Below are positions 50,244 through 60,789 of a stretch of 64,000 nucleotides of DNA, in pieces. The notes under the pieces are model-generated. The model had not been told where the DNA came from and made no database searches. It was given only the letters and a program-made list of their open reading frames with translations. Every line of letters starts with the position of its first letter. Positions within the stretch are counted from its first letter, which is position 1. Source of the DNA: Andalucia godoyi And28 (lineage: Eukaryota > Protista > Jakobida); assembly GCA_009859145.1 (NCBI GenBank), contig VRVR01000018.1, positions 5,688 through 69,687 on the forward strand. The letters run 5' to 3'. The position numbers and the translations under genes are program-made.

Positions 50244-51491
50244 TCAAGGCCGCATGAACACCTTGATGTAGCCATCTTCCTTCTTGAAGAACTTCTTGTA
50301 GGCCTCTGGGCCATCAGAGAGTTTCAGATGATGCGACACCACGAACGAGGGGTCGAGTTCTCCTGATTCGAGCAGCGACAGGACATACTTCCACAGTTTC
50401 TGCGTGGGGGACTGTCCGCCGGCGACGTACAGATGTTTTTCCATCATGGCGCCTATATTGAAGTGGTTAGTGTACCCAGCATAATCGGCGATGATGGACA
50501 GATGTCCGTACTTTCGCAGCGCAATGATGCACTCGTTCAGGATATCTGACGAATCAGTCTCCAAATGCAACAGTCGCTCTGCTTTGTGCAACAGAGACTT
50601 GGAGTAGCGGAACCCCGCCGCCTCAATCGCCACGTCCAGACCTCCCGGAACGATTCGCTCAATCTCCTTTAGCACGTCCTGTTTGGAAAAATCAATTACT
50701 TCGATCCCCAGCTTTTCTTGTGCGACACGCAGTCTCTCGGGCACAGAATCAATTCCAATGACACGGCCTGCTTTCTTGTACAAGCACCACCATGCAGAGC
50801 AGAGCCCAATGGGACCGAGGCCCCAGATACCAACGGTGTCCCCCGCTTGCACATTTCCGAGATCTGTGGCATGCAGAGATGTCGGCAAGATGTCGGAGAG
50901 AAACAGCGCTTTCTCATCGGGGACGGAGTCCGGGATCTTCAGGCAGTTCACATCCGCGAAAGGAACCCGAACGTACTCTGCCTGACCGCCCGGATACGAA
51001 CCGGTCATCCCGCTGTATCCATGCATACCCGAGATTCGATGTCCGTACATGTACTCCATAAGCTTACTTGGGTTGGTCGTATCACACCCGGTGTACTCTT
51101 CTCGCTTGCAGTAGTCACACGTGCCGCATGCAATGTCAAAGCTGCATACAACCCGGTCTCCGGCTTTGAATGTCTTCACTTCCGGGCCGACGCTCTCCAC
51201 AATGCCCATGAATTCGTGGCCGATGATGTCCCCCTTATGCATCGCAGGCATGTCTCCCGTGTACAGATGCAAGTCAGAGCCACAAATGGTAGTCGCCGTG
51301 ATTCTCAGAACAATGTCTTGTGCTTCGGTAATCGCCGGCTTCGGGTGCTCTGTGTATCCCACCGTTTCAATACCCTCCCAAGAGAGTGCGTGCATCTTTG
51401 CACCAGACGGGTCCGTCCGTGGTTGTGAGGTCAACGTGGACACGGGCTTCTCGCCCAGGATCTTTTCTCCGAGCTTGGACAACGCTTGCAT
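50244..51491 (-). CDS. Zn-dependent MDR dehydrogenase (glutathione-independent formaldehyde dehydrogenase/YbdR-like)
   Basis: ICGSDLHLY, GHEFMG, CGTCDYCKREEYTGC, GGQAEYVRVP, LSDILPT and GLGPIG. Confidence 0.9.
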   Translation of the reverse strand: MQALSKLGEKILGEKPVSTLTSQPRTDPSGAKMHALSWEGIETVGYTEHPKPAITEAQDIVLRITATTICGSDLHLYTGDMPAMHKGDIIGHEFMGIVESVGPEVKTFKAGDRVVCSFDIACGTCDYCKREEYTGCDTTNPSKLMEYMYGHRISGMHGYSGMTGSYPGGQAEYVRVPFADVNCLKIPDSVPDEKALFLSDILPTSLHATDLGNVQAGDTVGIWGLGPIGLCSAWWCLYKKAGRVIGIDSVPERLRVAQEKLGIEVIDFSKQDVLKEIERIVPGGLDVAIEAAGFRYSKSLLHKAERLLHLETDSSDILNECIIALRKYGHLSIIADYAGYTNHFNIGAMMEKHLYVAGGQSPTQKLWKYVLSLLESGELDPSFVVSHHLKLSDGPEAYKKFFKKEDGYIKVFMRP

Positions 51492-51959
51492 GATGACAAC
51501 GGACGTGCTGTGACGAACAAAAAGTTGGCGACGGATTCAGTCCAAGAACGAAAACCACGAAAAATTGCTGGAGCCGAAAGTCTTTTTTTTTCCCCCACGG
51601 ACGTTTGTATTTGTGTTGTTTGTGCAATACAAAAACAACAATCTCCAAACTCGAAGTGAAGTTCTGCTGTGCCGCGAAACGCCAGCCGGACGTTGTTGAA
51701 GTTTGCAGTGCATATCCCGACGTTCTTGACATGGAAGGTGCAACTGCGCGGTCTTTTGCAAAACAACGCTGATGCAGTCATGGGTGGTGGTGCGTGTGCA
51801 ATTAATTGATCGCTGGAGCATTCTGCGATCAGCAACATTGCTGCGTTCGCAAGAAGGAACATCCTCTAACAGAAGAATGTTTTAGTATTTTCATTCGTTC
51901 AATTCTGGTTTCGAAGAATTGATGGATTCGCGAGGAATCGCATTGATATGAAAAGTAAT

Positions 51960-52283
51960 ATCCTCCAACCGAAAACCTCTCCAAGCACTTGGCTCGCATG
52001 CCGCGTCTCAAAAACCGATTTTTGGCGTAAAGTGACTTTTACAATTAGCATCAGCACCCATCATCTATCACAAGGAATCGGTTGTCTATATTCGACAGCG
52101 TCTCAATGGGCCTCGACCTGCACACTCACGCCGTCGCGACAACAACAACAACAACCAGTAGCAGCATTCTGCAGAAGGGAAAAGGTCGGCCTTCATTCAA
52201 CATTAATGTCGACGACCACCAACTCAGCCTCACTATCCGATGATATGTAACAGCCGTCCACCCAGACGTTTGGGTTGGAGGAT
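51960..52283. mobile_element. MITE-like element with 11-bp perfect TIRs, copy 2 (element B2)
   Basis: ATCCTCCAACC (51960-51970) and GGTTGGAGGAT (52273-52283). The body is homologous to 11917-12216 except for an inverted central segment. Confidence 0.72.
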
Positions 52284-52514
52284 TATAAGAATTAAAAATG
52301 GAAAAGCAAACCCAAAAATTAAAAATTAATACTAAATAAAATAAAATAAAAGAGCACACACACACACATAGCGATTATCGTAGTATACAACAACGAACAT
52401 ACATCAGAAACATAAATACCGAATAGAATGTGCGGCAACCTGGGTGAATCGCACGCAAGAGACTCCAAAAACACGAGACGACGAAATGAAGCTGGCACAC
52501 ACGGGGAAAAATCT

Positions 52515-54821
52515 TCACGAGGAGGACGCAAGAGAGCCATATGGTACAGACACCCACTTTGCGACTGCTTTCCACATTTCGTCAACGGCAACCACTTGCC
52601 CCTGGTGCATAGCATTGTCGATCGCAAGGCAGACGACTGCAGACCGGATTCCCTCCCCCACGCTCGCAATGGGGGTCTGTCCGCTCAGCATGGACCAATG
52701 AAGGTCGTCCATAATGCGACCGTCACCACCACCGTGCATGCCGCGAACTCCAAACTTGAACAACAAGGGGTCATTTCCTGCACCATACGAGTCAACCGAT
52801 CGGAATTTCAAGTCTCCTTCAATCAAGTCTCCTTCTGCAGTTCCAAGAGTCCCGCAAATTACCAGGCGGCGCTGCGGAAATGCAGAGCACGAGTTGGAAT
52901 GGAATGTCGCCTTCACGCCATTCTCATACTCCAAGATGACAACCTGAGCATCCTCAATATCCTTGTCGCTCTCGAAAGGATCAATGTCCTCCCAGGCATG
53001 AGGCCATGCACAGTATGTTTGTCGAAACACATCCTCTGAAAACGCCGGTCGATGCTCGGGTTTGAAGATGGACAGACCGCCGAACGACGCAACGCGGGCC
53101 GGCAAAGAATCAATAAGCCAATTGAGAACATCAAAGTCATGACAGCACTTCTCCAGCAAATGCGGTCCTGACTGCGAACGATGTCGTCTCCAGTTGCGCA
53201 TAATGTAACCCCCGTGTGACGGCGATAGCAGCTCATTCGCTTCGACGGAGGTGATCCTGCCGAGTTTGCCCGACGTGATCAACTCTTTTAGTTTGACATA
53301 AAACGGCGCATGTCGGAGCACAAAGCCCGTTGCAAACAATGCAGCCCCTTGACGCTTGAATGCAGTTAAGCCCCCCGAAGAGTTTGCACGAGAAATCGGA
53401 GACAGTGCAGCGGGACTCGCAGACGACGGGGAACTTGGGCCCGAAGTTCCTGGGGACCCCGGGTGGGCCGGATCTTGCGTCGCATGGAATGCCTCCACCA
53501 CCGATAAACAGGCCTGCCAGTTATGAGCAAGCGGTTTCTCGCAAAACACGTGCTTGCCGGCTTGCAAAGCTGCCGAGACATGAGGCGCATGTTCGGAATT
53601 GATGGACCCAATGAGAACCCATTCGATGTGAGGAATGAATTTTAGCATCACATCAATCGCAGAAAATCGTGGAACGCCGCGGAACTCGTCCGAATGCTGC
53701 AAAATGTCCTGGTTCGAATCACAAACAGCAACCAGCTGCACGTCCATGTCGTGTCGCATTCGCAGAAGTCTGACCAGCTCGCGCATGCGATGGCCACATC
53801 CAACGGCCGCAAATGCGATTTTCTTTCGCGAGAACGTCACAAGGGTCTTGCCCAGCACACACCCGCGATTGAAAGTGGAGCCTTCCTCTGCGTACTTTTG
53901 AGCAGCTGCCGACAGCTCTGCAAACGACACGGATCCATCAGGTTGGATACGAATCACTTCAAACGATCCTCCACCCTTTGTGTTCTGGCGAATCGATGGG
54001 TTGTGAGCAGGAGAAGAGTGCGGATGCGACGACGAAAGCGGCATGGACGACAATGCCGAGGATCCATCATACATCAACACGCAATGCTCAGGAATCACAA
54101 ACATGTGGCTCCAACCCAGAGACGATCGTGCATGAAGAAATTGCACCACAGATAAATCATCTTCCACATGGTACACATCGATTGTCTGCTGATCGAACGA
54201 ATAGCAAACCAGTCGGTTGCCTGTATTTTCGACATCCGCTACAAACGCAATGAAGCGATACGAGTCGCGAACCTGGTCATCATTTGCAAATACCATCAGT
54301 TCATAATCGGGTTCATTAGCATCATTTGCGTTGGCCCCATTGGACGAAAGACTCTTCAGTACCAATGCACCCCAAGTGGACGTGCGGTTCGAATAAAACA
54401 GCACTCCAAAGCACCAAGGAATGCGCGTCACAATGGTCGACTGTGTAAACACCTCCTTGATTGTCCGCACCAGCATCACTGAAAACGACGGTTTTCCAGA
54501 AAGTGCAGCATGTGCATCAAGAGCATAAATGCACACAGTCCCATTCCACTCATACGTCAGCAGCGACGCGACGTGATGATTCGCAGAAGACGCCAGCGAC
54601 AGCACAACCATTGCGTTCTGCTGTGCTGGAAACCCATCAATCGGCGTTGTGGACAAGACTGCAGCTCCTGCCTTCAAATCAAGCTTCTTCAAAAGGCCGC
54701 GGCCATCGGAAAGTCTGTACAGAAGAACAAGCCCAAGATCCAACGAAATAGGAATGATTTCATCAAATGTTGCCTCTTCTTGGTTCGCCAACCTCAGCTT
54801 GTGAACCTCGAAATCGCGCAT
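52515..54821 (-). CDS. Gfo/Idh/MocA oxidoreductase fused to an N-terminal beta-rich domain
   Basis: IAFAAVGCGHR Rossmann motif, GKHVFCEKPLA, TGFVLRHAP, LLEKCCHDFD and HGGGD. About 330 aa of uninterrupted beta-rich sequence precede these. ATG at 54821. Confidence 0.85.
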   Translation of the reverse strand: MRDFEVHKLRLANQEEATFDEIIPISLDLGLVLLYRLSDGRGLLKKLDLKAGAAVLSTTPIDGFPAQQNAMVVLSLASSANHHVASLLTYEWNGTVCIYALDAHAALSGKPSFSVMLVRTIKEVFTQSTIVTRIPWCFGVLFYSNRTSTWGALVLKSLSSNGANANDANEPDYELMVFANDDQVRDSYRFIAFVADVENTGNRLVCYSFDQQTIDVYHVEDDLSVVQFLHARSSLGWSHMFVIPEHCVLMYDGSSALSSMPLSSSHPHSSPAHNPSIRQNTKGGGSFEVIRIQPDGSVSFAELSAAAQKYAEEGSTFNRGCVLGKTLVTFSRKKIAFAAVGCGHRMRELVRLLRMRHDMDVQLVAVCDSNQDILQHSDEFRGVPRFSAIDVMLKFIPHIEWVLIGSINSEHAPHVSAALQAGKHVFCEKPLAHNWQACLSVVEAFHATQDPAHPGSPGTSGPSSPSSASPAALSPISRANSSGGLTAFKRQGAALFATGFVLRHAPFYVKLKELITSGKLGRITSVEANELLSPSHGGYIMRNWRRHRSQSGPHLLEKCCHDFDVLNWLIDSLPARVASFGGLSIFKPEHRPAFSEDVFRQTYCAWPHAWEDIDPFESDKDIEDAQVVILEYENGVKATFHSNSCSAFPQRRLVICGTLGTAEGDLIEGDLKFRSVDSYGAGNDPLLFKFGVRGMHGGGDGRIMDDLHWSMLSGQTPIASVGEGIRSAVVCLAIDNAMHQGQVVAVDEMWKAVAKWVSVPYGSLASSS

Positions 54822-55101
54822 ATTGAAAAAGACAACAAAACCAACAACCGACCAAACAGCAACGAAGAATATGACGCTTAAGACAATCAAAAAAACAGTT
54901 AAGAAATCAATGAAGACACACAGGAAAGATCGTGAAAAAACAAGTGAACGACCAGCATAAAAGCCGAAATAAACGCGTGACCGATGTGATCTGATGGGCG
55001 TCCGGGTCTTGCAGTTCTAGCATCACTTGATTCCATTCTGCTTTTTTTTTTGGCGGACGTTCAACATCCAGGACAACCAGGCGAACAGGAAGACGCAGGA
55101 G

Positions 55102-55102
55102 C

Positions 55103-55137
<35 letters not shown>
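55102..55137. repeat. (CAA)12 microsatellite
   Basis: Directly visible. Confidence 0.95.
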
Positions 55138-55138
<1 letters not shown>

Positions 55139-55218
55139 CACAAGGATAGACGAAGAGGAAGAAGGAGGAGAAACGCCTTTTTTATTTAAAAAAAAATCAT
55201 AAAGAATTATTTAAAAAA

Positions 55219-55527
55219 ATGGTGAAGTTGACGGTGAAGCATGTACACATGGTTGCGTCGTGGACATGGCAGTCTCCTGACGAGGTGTGCGGGATATGCA
55301 GAGTTGCTCTGGACGGATGTGCACCTCAGGCTGAGTTTCCAGGAGACGATTGCCCTGTTGCTTTTGGAAAATGCAATCATCCGTTCCATCTACAGTGCAT
55401 CATGTCTTGGATCGCGGCACATGACCCGCAGGTATGCCCTATGTGCAGACAACCGTGGGAATTTGTAGAGCGGGAATCATCATCGTCCACCCCCACTCCC
55501 ACGTCCACTTCTTCACAGCAAGGATAG
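55219..55527 (+). CDS. APC11: Anaphase-promoting complex subunit 11 (RING-H2)
   Basis: VASWTW...CGICR...FPGDDCP...GKCNHPFHLQCIMSWI...CPMCRQPW. Confidence 0.93.
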   Translation: MVKLTVKHVHMVASWTWQSPDEVCGICRVALDGCAPQAEFPGDDCPVAFGKCNHPFHLQCIMSWIAAHDPQVCPMCRQPWEFVERESSSSTPTPTSTSSQQG

Positions 55528-55869
55528 CTTCCACTTTCCCCAAACTCTCCAACAGAGTTTTGTTTTTAATGTTTCTTTTTTCCTTCTTCAACGCACCGCT
55601 CATCTCCACTTCTTCAACGCTGACATTGTACAGATTTGCGTAAATCCTATTGCATTTGCATGTACCGTACATGCCTTTTTTCCGTACGTAAAAAAAACAA
55701 CACAAAACAGCAACATATGTTTCTCTTTTACCAGTTTATTCGTGGTGTTTTCGTCGTGCTACGTGTGCATACTCATACTGATACTGATACATGACTGGGC
55801 GGCGCGGTGTTGTGCCCCTTCGTGCTTGTTCTCTTTTTTGAACATTCAACAGGAAATCGGCATGAGAAA

Positions 55870-58800
55870 ATGGACGGATTCTCGACGGAACTGATCGATG
55901 GGCTCCAAGTTGCCCCCGAGTTGCTGCGAAACCTCGATAGAATCGAAGCAACCGTGAGCAAGTTTCATAAAAACCTGCAATTAATGGTTTCTGCTAGCTC
56001 CCAATCGCCCTATGCAGACCCACGAAAGATCCAGGAAGAAGCGAACGATCTGAGTCGGCTGCAAGAATCGACGAAACCTCTTCTGAGCACCCTGGTGCAG
56101 AGTCTGCCGTTTGAAGACCGCGTCTTCGAAGAAATTCGAGCTGGAATTCGGCGTTCGCTCAACATGCGCGACGTCTTTGATTTTCTCAACAAACACCATC
56201 AGCAGTATCTGAATGCAGAAACAGAAAATCGGCGCGAGAAGAGAAGGATCCACGACGATTCGGAACCCGAGGTCGACGAAGAGCTGTATGGATTGCTCTC
56301 ATTGTCATTTGGCCTGGTGCCAGCGGCTCGTGCGCGAGAAGCTGAGATTGTGAAGCGAGCAACGGATGAGCAGGATCGGCTTTGGCGAACGCACTTTGAT
56401 ACTGCTCATGTTCATGTCTCGTATGTCAGACGAATCGTCGAGTACTTTGCAAAAGCTGTGCGGCTCGAGCTGGTGCATCCGGGGTCAGAACAAGATCAAA
56501 CTGCAGCAACCGCCTCAGATCAGCAACAGCGGCAGCAGCAAGATCGAGAGACTGCGTTTAAGCAATGGCAAGCCGAGGGAAACGCGTTCACCATTCTCAA
56601 TTCGGTACTTCGGTCCAAGGGACCGATGCTTGCGAACCTCAATTCACCCATGGACGCTGACATATCAAATTTTGACTCTCTGTACCGTCTATGTGTCCCA
56701 TTTCCGAAAACGCTGCTGGTCTCCGGCTCGCACAGAATGACGTTTGCGCGAACTTCAGCGAGAATGACGTTGCTCAATGTCATCAAGAAGTGCTGTGTGC
56801 CGTCGTATCAACAGGACTCGATGGAAGTTTGCGAACAATTCGTTGTTTCCGTGGATGCACTGCTGGACCGTTTGATTGCGGTTCCAAAGCTATCGCCAGC
56901 TTCGTCCTGTGTGTCGCCATCCTTGGAGCCGGAACAGTTTTGCAAGATCGCCAATCAGTTTGCAGTCTCTTTGAACAGTCATTGGGATGTCGTTGTTCGT
57001 GGATCATGGGACCGCAAGTCGATGAGTATGTGTCGGTATCACTTTGTTCGTCACTTTTTGTCGAAGTTTCCGTCGCAAACGTGCTTCCCGCTGTTGGACC
57101 GCAGCGACTTGCTGGCCTCTCTCGAGTCTCCTGATATCCTCGACCGACAGCTTGGTTATGTGTACGAACACATGCCTCCACAACGACCTCTCGTATTCGA
57201 ACGCAATGGGATCTATGCACTCATCTTTGGGGTTCGATGGATGCCCCAAGAGCCAGCTCGTCGCATCGATGGAGCGTCCGAGTCGTACAAGCTGTATTAT
57301 TCGTTCCCTTTTACCAACAAAGAGGGGTACTTTACAATGTGTACATCCATCTCGCTAGCGTCACGGATTTCCGAGTTTGTCGAGCATACACGGAACCGAA
57401 TTCGATCCCAGAGATTCTATTTCCGAAGGCTCTTCATGTTCTTGGCAGGATTTATTGTTATTGGACAACCAGAGGTGTATCGGAATTTCGTCACGGACCA
57501 AATCGCGTCGCTGCTGCAGTGTGCCGAAGATTCGAATCTCTCGCAGCTGTTTCCATCGCTTTCCAAGTTGTCACATATGAACATGAGAAATCCCATTCTG
57601 AAGATTGCGCGCTTACTTTCGCCCACTACAAACCAGGTCTTGTCGGAGTTTGCACGGCTGTTTGAGACGCTCATTCCTGTGCTTTCCGCGCAGTTGGACG
57701 AACTCTATCTCAAAGGGTCGCTGTCGTCTACGGAGGCTCCGAAGACGCATGCAAATTCCAGTCTTGAAGAAGAACTGCCGGGTTCTTCAAGTGGGATGTC
57801 CTCTCTCCCCGAGATGTCCGATCCCGTGCTCCAAAGGCTTTCCAGCATGGGCTCTGTGCCCACAAAATGCAACGGATTCCTTCGACGTGTGGTGTCTGCT
57901 TCGGATCGCACCAATGTGCTCACAGTTCCTCCAGTATTTGACGGGTCTGGCGACAGTGACCATTTCGTTGCGTTTCGTGACGCCCAAATCCACACCGACG
58001 CCCCACAGCAAAACGGTATTCCCGTTGCGCCAAAGCCAAATTTGCACTCACATCCAGTGGATTCTCTTTGCGAGGCCGTGATCAGCGAGCTGTCGCACGA
58101 ACCTATTTTGAAGCTTGAGCCCATTTCGCAACCGGTCGCGCAACTTAATTCCACCGGTGATCCACGGTCCTTGCGCACTTCTGCGTTTTGCCTTCTGGTT
58201 CAGTGCCGAGTGATGATGCGGAGTCTTTTGCGGAAAGACAGCGGCTGGGATGCTGCAAAATGCCGTAAGCTGATGCAGGTCACCACAACTTTATCGACTG
58301 CTCAAGACGTGCCATTGGCCCTGATTGCGGATGCAAAGCTCTTGATAGCCCTATCGGCGGAGCTGAGTCCGCTTCTCGCCAGTCCAGATTGCTCAACCGC
58401 GCTGCACTGCATTCGACGCTGCTTGGACTCCATGTCCGGTGACTATTCGGGCCGGAAATCCGAGCATTTGCGGTCCATGACTGCCAAAGCTGCCAATCAG
58501 TATACTGCAGTTCGCGAGCAAGCAGATGCAGCCAAGCAGGCGTGCGACATTGAAAAGTACTCAAAAGGCCGGATGCAAGTCTTGGCGTTTGTCCCTGTTT
58601 CGTCGACATCGTCACCCGCAAAGCTCTCGCTGTTTGCGTCGTCAAACGATCCCAAGCGCGATTACGGTTCTTGTATTCATCCGCAACTGAACGCAAAGTC
58701 AGAATGTTATGGATGGGTGGATGTCGAATCGCTGTTCTCAATGGATTGGCACCTCCCCATCGTTCCCGAAGGGGCATCCGAGTGGGAAGACATTCTTGGC

Positions 58801-58983
58801 GTCGGCAATGTCTCCTCGGAGAACGATGTCCTGCTCTATTCACGAGAGACCGGTCTCGCCCAGTCATGGGAAAACGCACAATCTCTTTCATCGGACCCTT
58901 ATGCGAACTCGTGCTGGCGATGGACCCTCCTTGCCCCGCATTCCACACCTTGTTTCCCATCTCCAATGACAAATCGACCGTAA
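55870..58983 (+). CDS. Large hypothetical protein, about 1037 aa
   Basis: Long uninterrupted ORF with ATG at 55870; no family recognised. Confidence 0.75.
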   Translation: MDGFSTELIDGLQVAPELLRNLDRIEATVSKFHKNLQLMVSASSQSPYADPRKIQEEANDLSRLQESTKPLLSTLVQSLPFEDRVFEEIRAGIRRSLNMRDVFDFLNKHHQQYLNAETENRREKRRIHDDSEPEVDEELYGLLSLSFGLVPAARAREAEIVKRATDEQDRLWRTHFDTAHVHVSYVRRIVEYFAKAVRLELVHPGSEQDQTAATASDQQQRQQQDRETAFKQWQAEGNAFTILNSVLRSKGPMLANLNSPMDADISNFDSLYRLCVPFPKTLLVSGSHRMTFARTSARMTLLNVIKKCCVPSYQQDSMEVCEQFVVSVDALLDRLIAVPKLSPASSCVSPSLEPEQFCKIANQFAVSLNSHWDVVVRGSWDRKSMSMCRYHFVRHFLSKFPSQTCFPLLDRSDLLASLESPDILDRQLGYVYEHMPPQRPLVFERNGIYALIFGVRWMPQEPARRIDGASESYKLYYSFPFTNKEGYFTMCTSISLASRISEFVEHTRNRIRSQRFYFRRLFMFLAGFIVIGQPEVYRNFVTDQIASLLQCAEDSNLSQLFPSLSKLSHMNMRNPILKIARLLSPTTNQVLSEFARLFETLIPVLSAQLDELYLKGSLSSTEAPKTHANSSLEEELPGSSSGMSSLPEMSDPVLQRLSSMGSVPTKCNGFLRRVVSASDRTNVLTVPPVFDGSGDSDHFVAFRDAQIHTDAPQQNGIPVAPKPNLHSHPVDSLCEAVISELSHEPILKLEPISQPVAQLNSTGDPRSLRTSAFCLLVQCRVMMRSLLRKDSGWDAAKCRKLMQVTTTLSTAQDVPLALIADAKLLIALSAELSPLLASPDCSTALHCIRRCLDSMSGDYSGRKSEHLRSMTAKAANQYTAVREQADAAKQACDIEKYSKGRMQVLAFVPVSSTSSPAKLSLFASSNDPKRDYGSCIHPQLNAKSECYGWVDVESLFSMDWHLPIVPEGASEWEDILGVGNVSSENDVLLYSRETGLAQSWENAQSLSSDPYANSCWRWTLLAPHSTPCFPSPMTNRP

Positions 58984-59252
58984 AAGAGACCCCAGTACAT
59001 TTTCGAAGCAAAAATGCGATTTCTGTACTTTGTTATCAGCTTTTCATTTTCATTCAGCTTTTCTTTTTCTTCTTTTCTTCTTCTTATTATTATTATTCTT
59101 CTTCATTTTGCTGCATCTCGACAATACACAACCAAAATAGACATATTTTTTATTTTATTTAAAAATTGAGAGGAAGGGAAAAGAAGGGAGGGCAAAAAAC
59201 AACAACACCCAGGGGAGAAGTGGAATCGAGCGAGAAGGAAAAGAAAGAATAT

Positions 59253-59254
<2 letters not shown>

Positions 59255-59287
<33 letters not shown>
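59255..59287. repeat. (AAT)11 microsatellite immediately upstream of an ATG
   Basis: Directly visible. Confidence 0.95.
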
Positions 59288-59292
<5 letters not shown>

Positions 59293-59296
59293 CAGC

Positions 59297-59848
59297 ATGA
59301 CAGTTCGAAAGTCGTTTGTCTGTGCGTTTTTCTGCGCGATTGCGTTTGCAGTGTTTGTGAGCAGCAGCAGTGTTGTTGCTTTAGGCTCGCAACCTGCTCC
59401 ACTTCACAAATCGCCCCGTCTTTTCATCCGGGTTACCTCGAGTGCTTCTTCAAAAGGCGGTCTTTCTGCACTCTCTGCACTCCTGCACTCAAACTCTGAC
59501 ACTGACTCGGTGAACGCTCTTCCGTACGTGCTGGATGTTTCGCTGACCGATTCCGAGCGCGAAGAAGCGGTGTCCATCATCCGATCGCTGCAAGCCAAAC
59601 ACGCGTCGATCGTGGTCACCGCGACATTTGACTATGAATTCACCCACGTTTCCCTGTACTCGGTTACCAATGGAACTGCTGCGAATGCGTCGACGGTTGC
59701 ACCAAAGGAATACCAGGTCGCAGAATGGTCAATTGGAGTCATGCTTTCCGTAACCCTCATTCTTGTCATTGCCGCAGTCGCTTTCGCCGTCGGTGGAATG
59801 TCCTACACGAACGACACTCTTCTCTTCCGATACTCCAACTCGCTTTAA
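59297..59848 (+). CDS. Type I membrane protein, possibly V-ATPase accessory (ATP6AP2/renin-receptor-like)
   Basis: Signal peptide and C-terminal TM followed by GMSYTNDTLLFR, resembling the M-x3-DS/TLLY tail of ATP6AP2-type proteins. Confidence 0.55.
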   Translation: MTVRKSFVCAFFCAIAFAVFVSSSSVVALGSQPAPLHKSPRLFIRVTSSASSKGGLSALSALLHSNSDTDSVNALPYVLDVSLTDSEREEAVSIIRSLQAKHASIVVTATFDYEFTHVSLYSVTNGTAANASTVAPKEYQVAEWSIGVMLSVTLILVIAAVAFAVGGMSYTNDTLLFRYSNSL

Positions 59849-59997
59849 AAGGAGAGGGCAAGGACGGGCATTCCTCAGCAACGAGAAGAAAGAACAAGAA
59901 AGACGGGAGGAAGGAAAAGAATGATACAACCTCTGCACTGATTCTCGTTTACTCTGTTGCTGCAAGTAAAACCCATTTACGCATTAAAGAATGACGC

Positions 59998-60330
59998 TTA
60001 CGCAGCGGCCGGCTTGGGCATGTACCGTCCCTTGAGATCGTCCGACATGGTCTTGACTTCCGCGTCGCCCTGATGCGCCTGGATGGCAAAGATGAACTGC
60101 ATGACTCCCGGCTGAGTGGCCGCAAAACCATACTTGGTGATGACACCCTGCTGGATCTGCATGGCAAGCGGAAGCACCGATGCCATCATCTTTGCGACAT
60201 CGGATCCCGCAGCTGCCTTGGCCTCGTTCATCTTCTCTGCATTCGCCGGCTCGTCAAATGCAGCAATCACGTCGCGCAACGCTGCTCGTGCTTCGTCAAG
60301 CGTAAGAGTCTTGGGCGTAGGGGCGGCCAT
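59998..60330 (-). CDS. Protein C10 (C12orf57/GRCC10) homolog
   Basis: LTLDEARAALRDVIAAF...EAKAAAGSDVAKMM..VLP...IQQGVITKYGF...GVMQF. ATG at 60330. Confidence 0.88.
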   Translation of the reverse strand: MAAPTPKTLTLDEARAALRDVIAAFDEPANAEKMNEAKAAAGSDVAKMMASVLPLAMQIQQGVITKYGFAATQPGVMQFIFAIQAHQGDAEVKTMSDDLKGRYMPKPAAA

Positions 60331-60789
60331 ACTTCGTTCGAGAGAAAGAATAAGAAGAGAAGAAAAAAAAGAAAAAAAAGAAATACTCACTCGGAATTCG
60401 AACGGTGGAAGGAAAAAGAGAGAAGAAGAAGAAGAAGAAGAAAAAAGAAAACGGGGAAAGAAAGAAAAATGTGTATCAGAACAAATAAAAAGGAAAAAGA
60501 ACGGACAAAGAACGCAAGACAGACAAAGTGAGGATTTGATTGATCAAACCCAAAAGCGGTCGAGTCGTGGAGCATTGATGGCTTCGTTTTTCATCAGGAT
60601 CCATACAGCTACAGCTGCTGCTTGCTCTTCGTCATTTCGCGTCGGACTGCTGGATAACAAGATACGTATGTACATTATATAACAGAAAATAAATATCAAA
60701 GAATACGAAAAGAAGGAACAGACAAAAAACAAATGAATTGTTATTTTAATTTTGCGGGTAACACGACCAGAAATGGATCCACGATTGGT

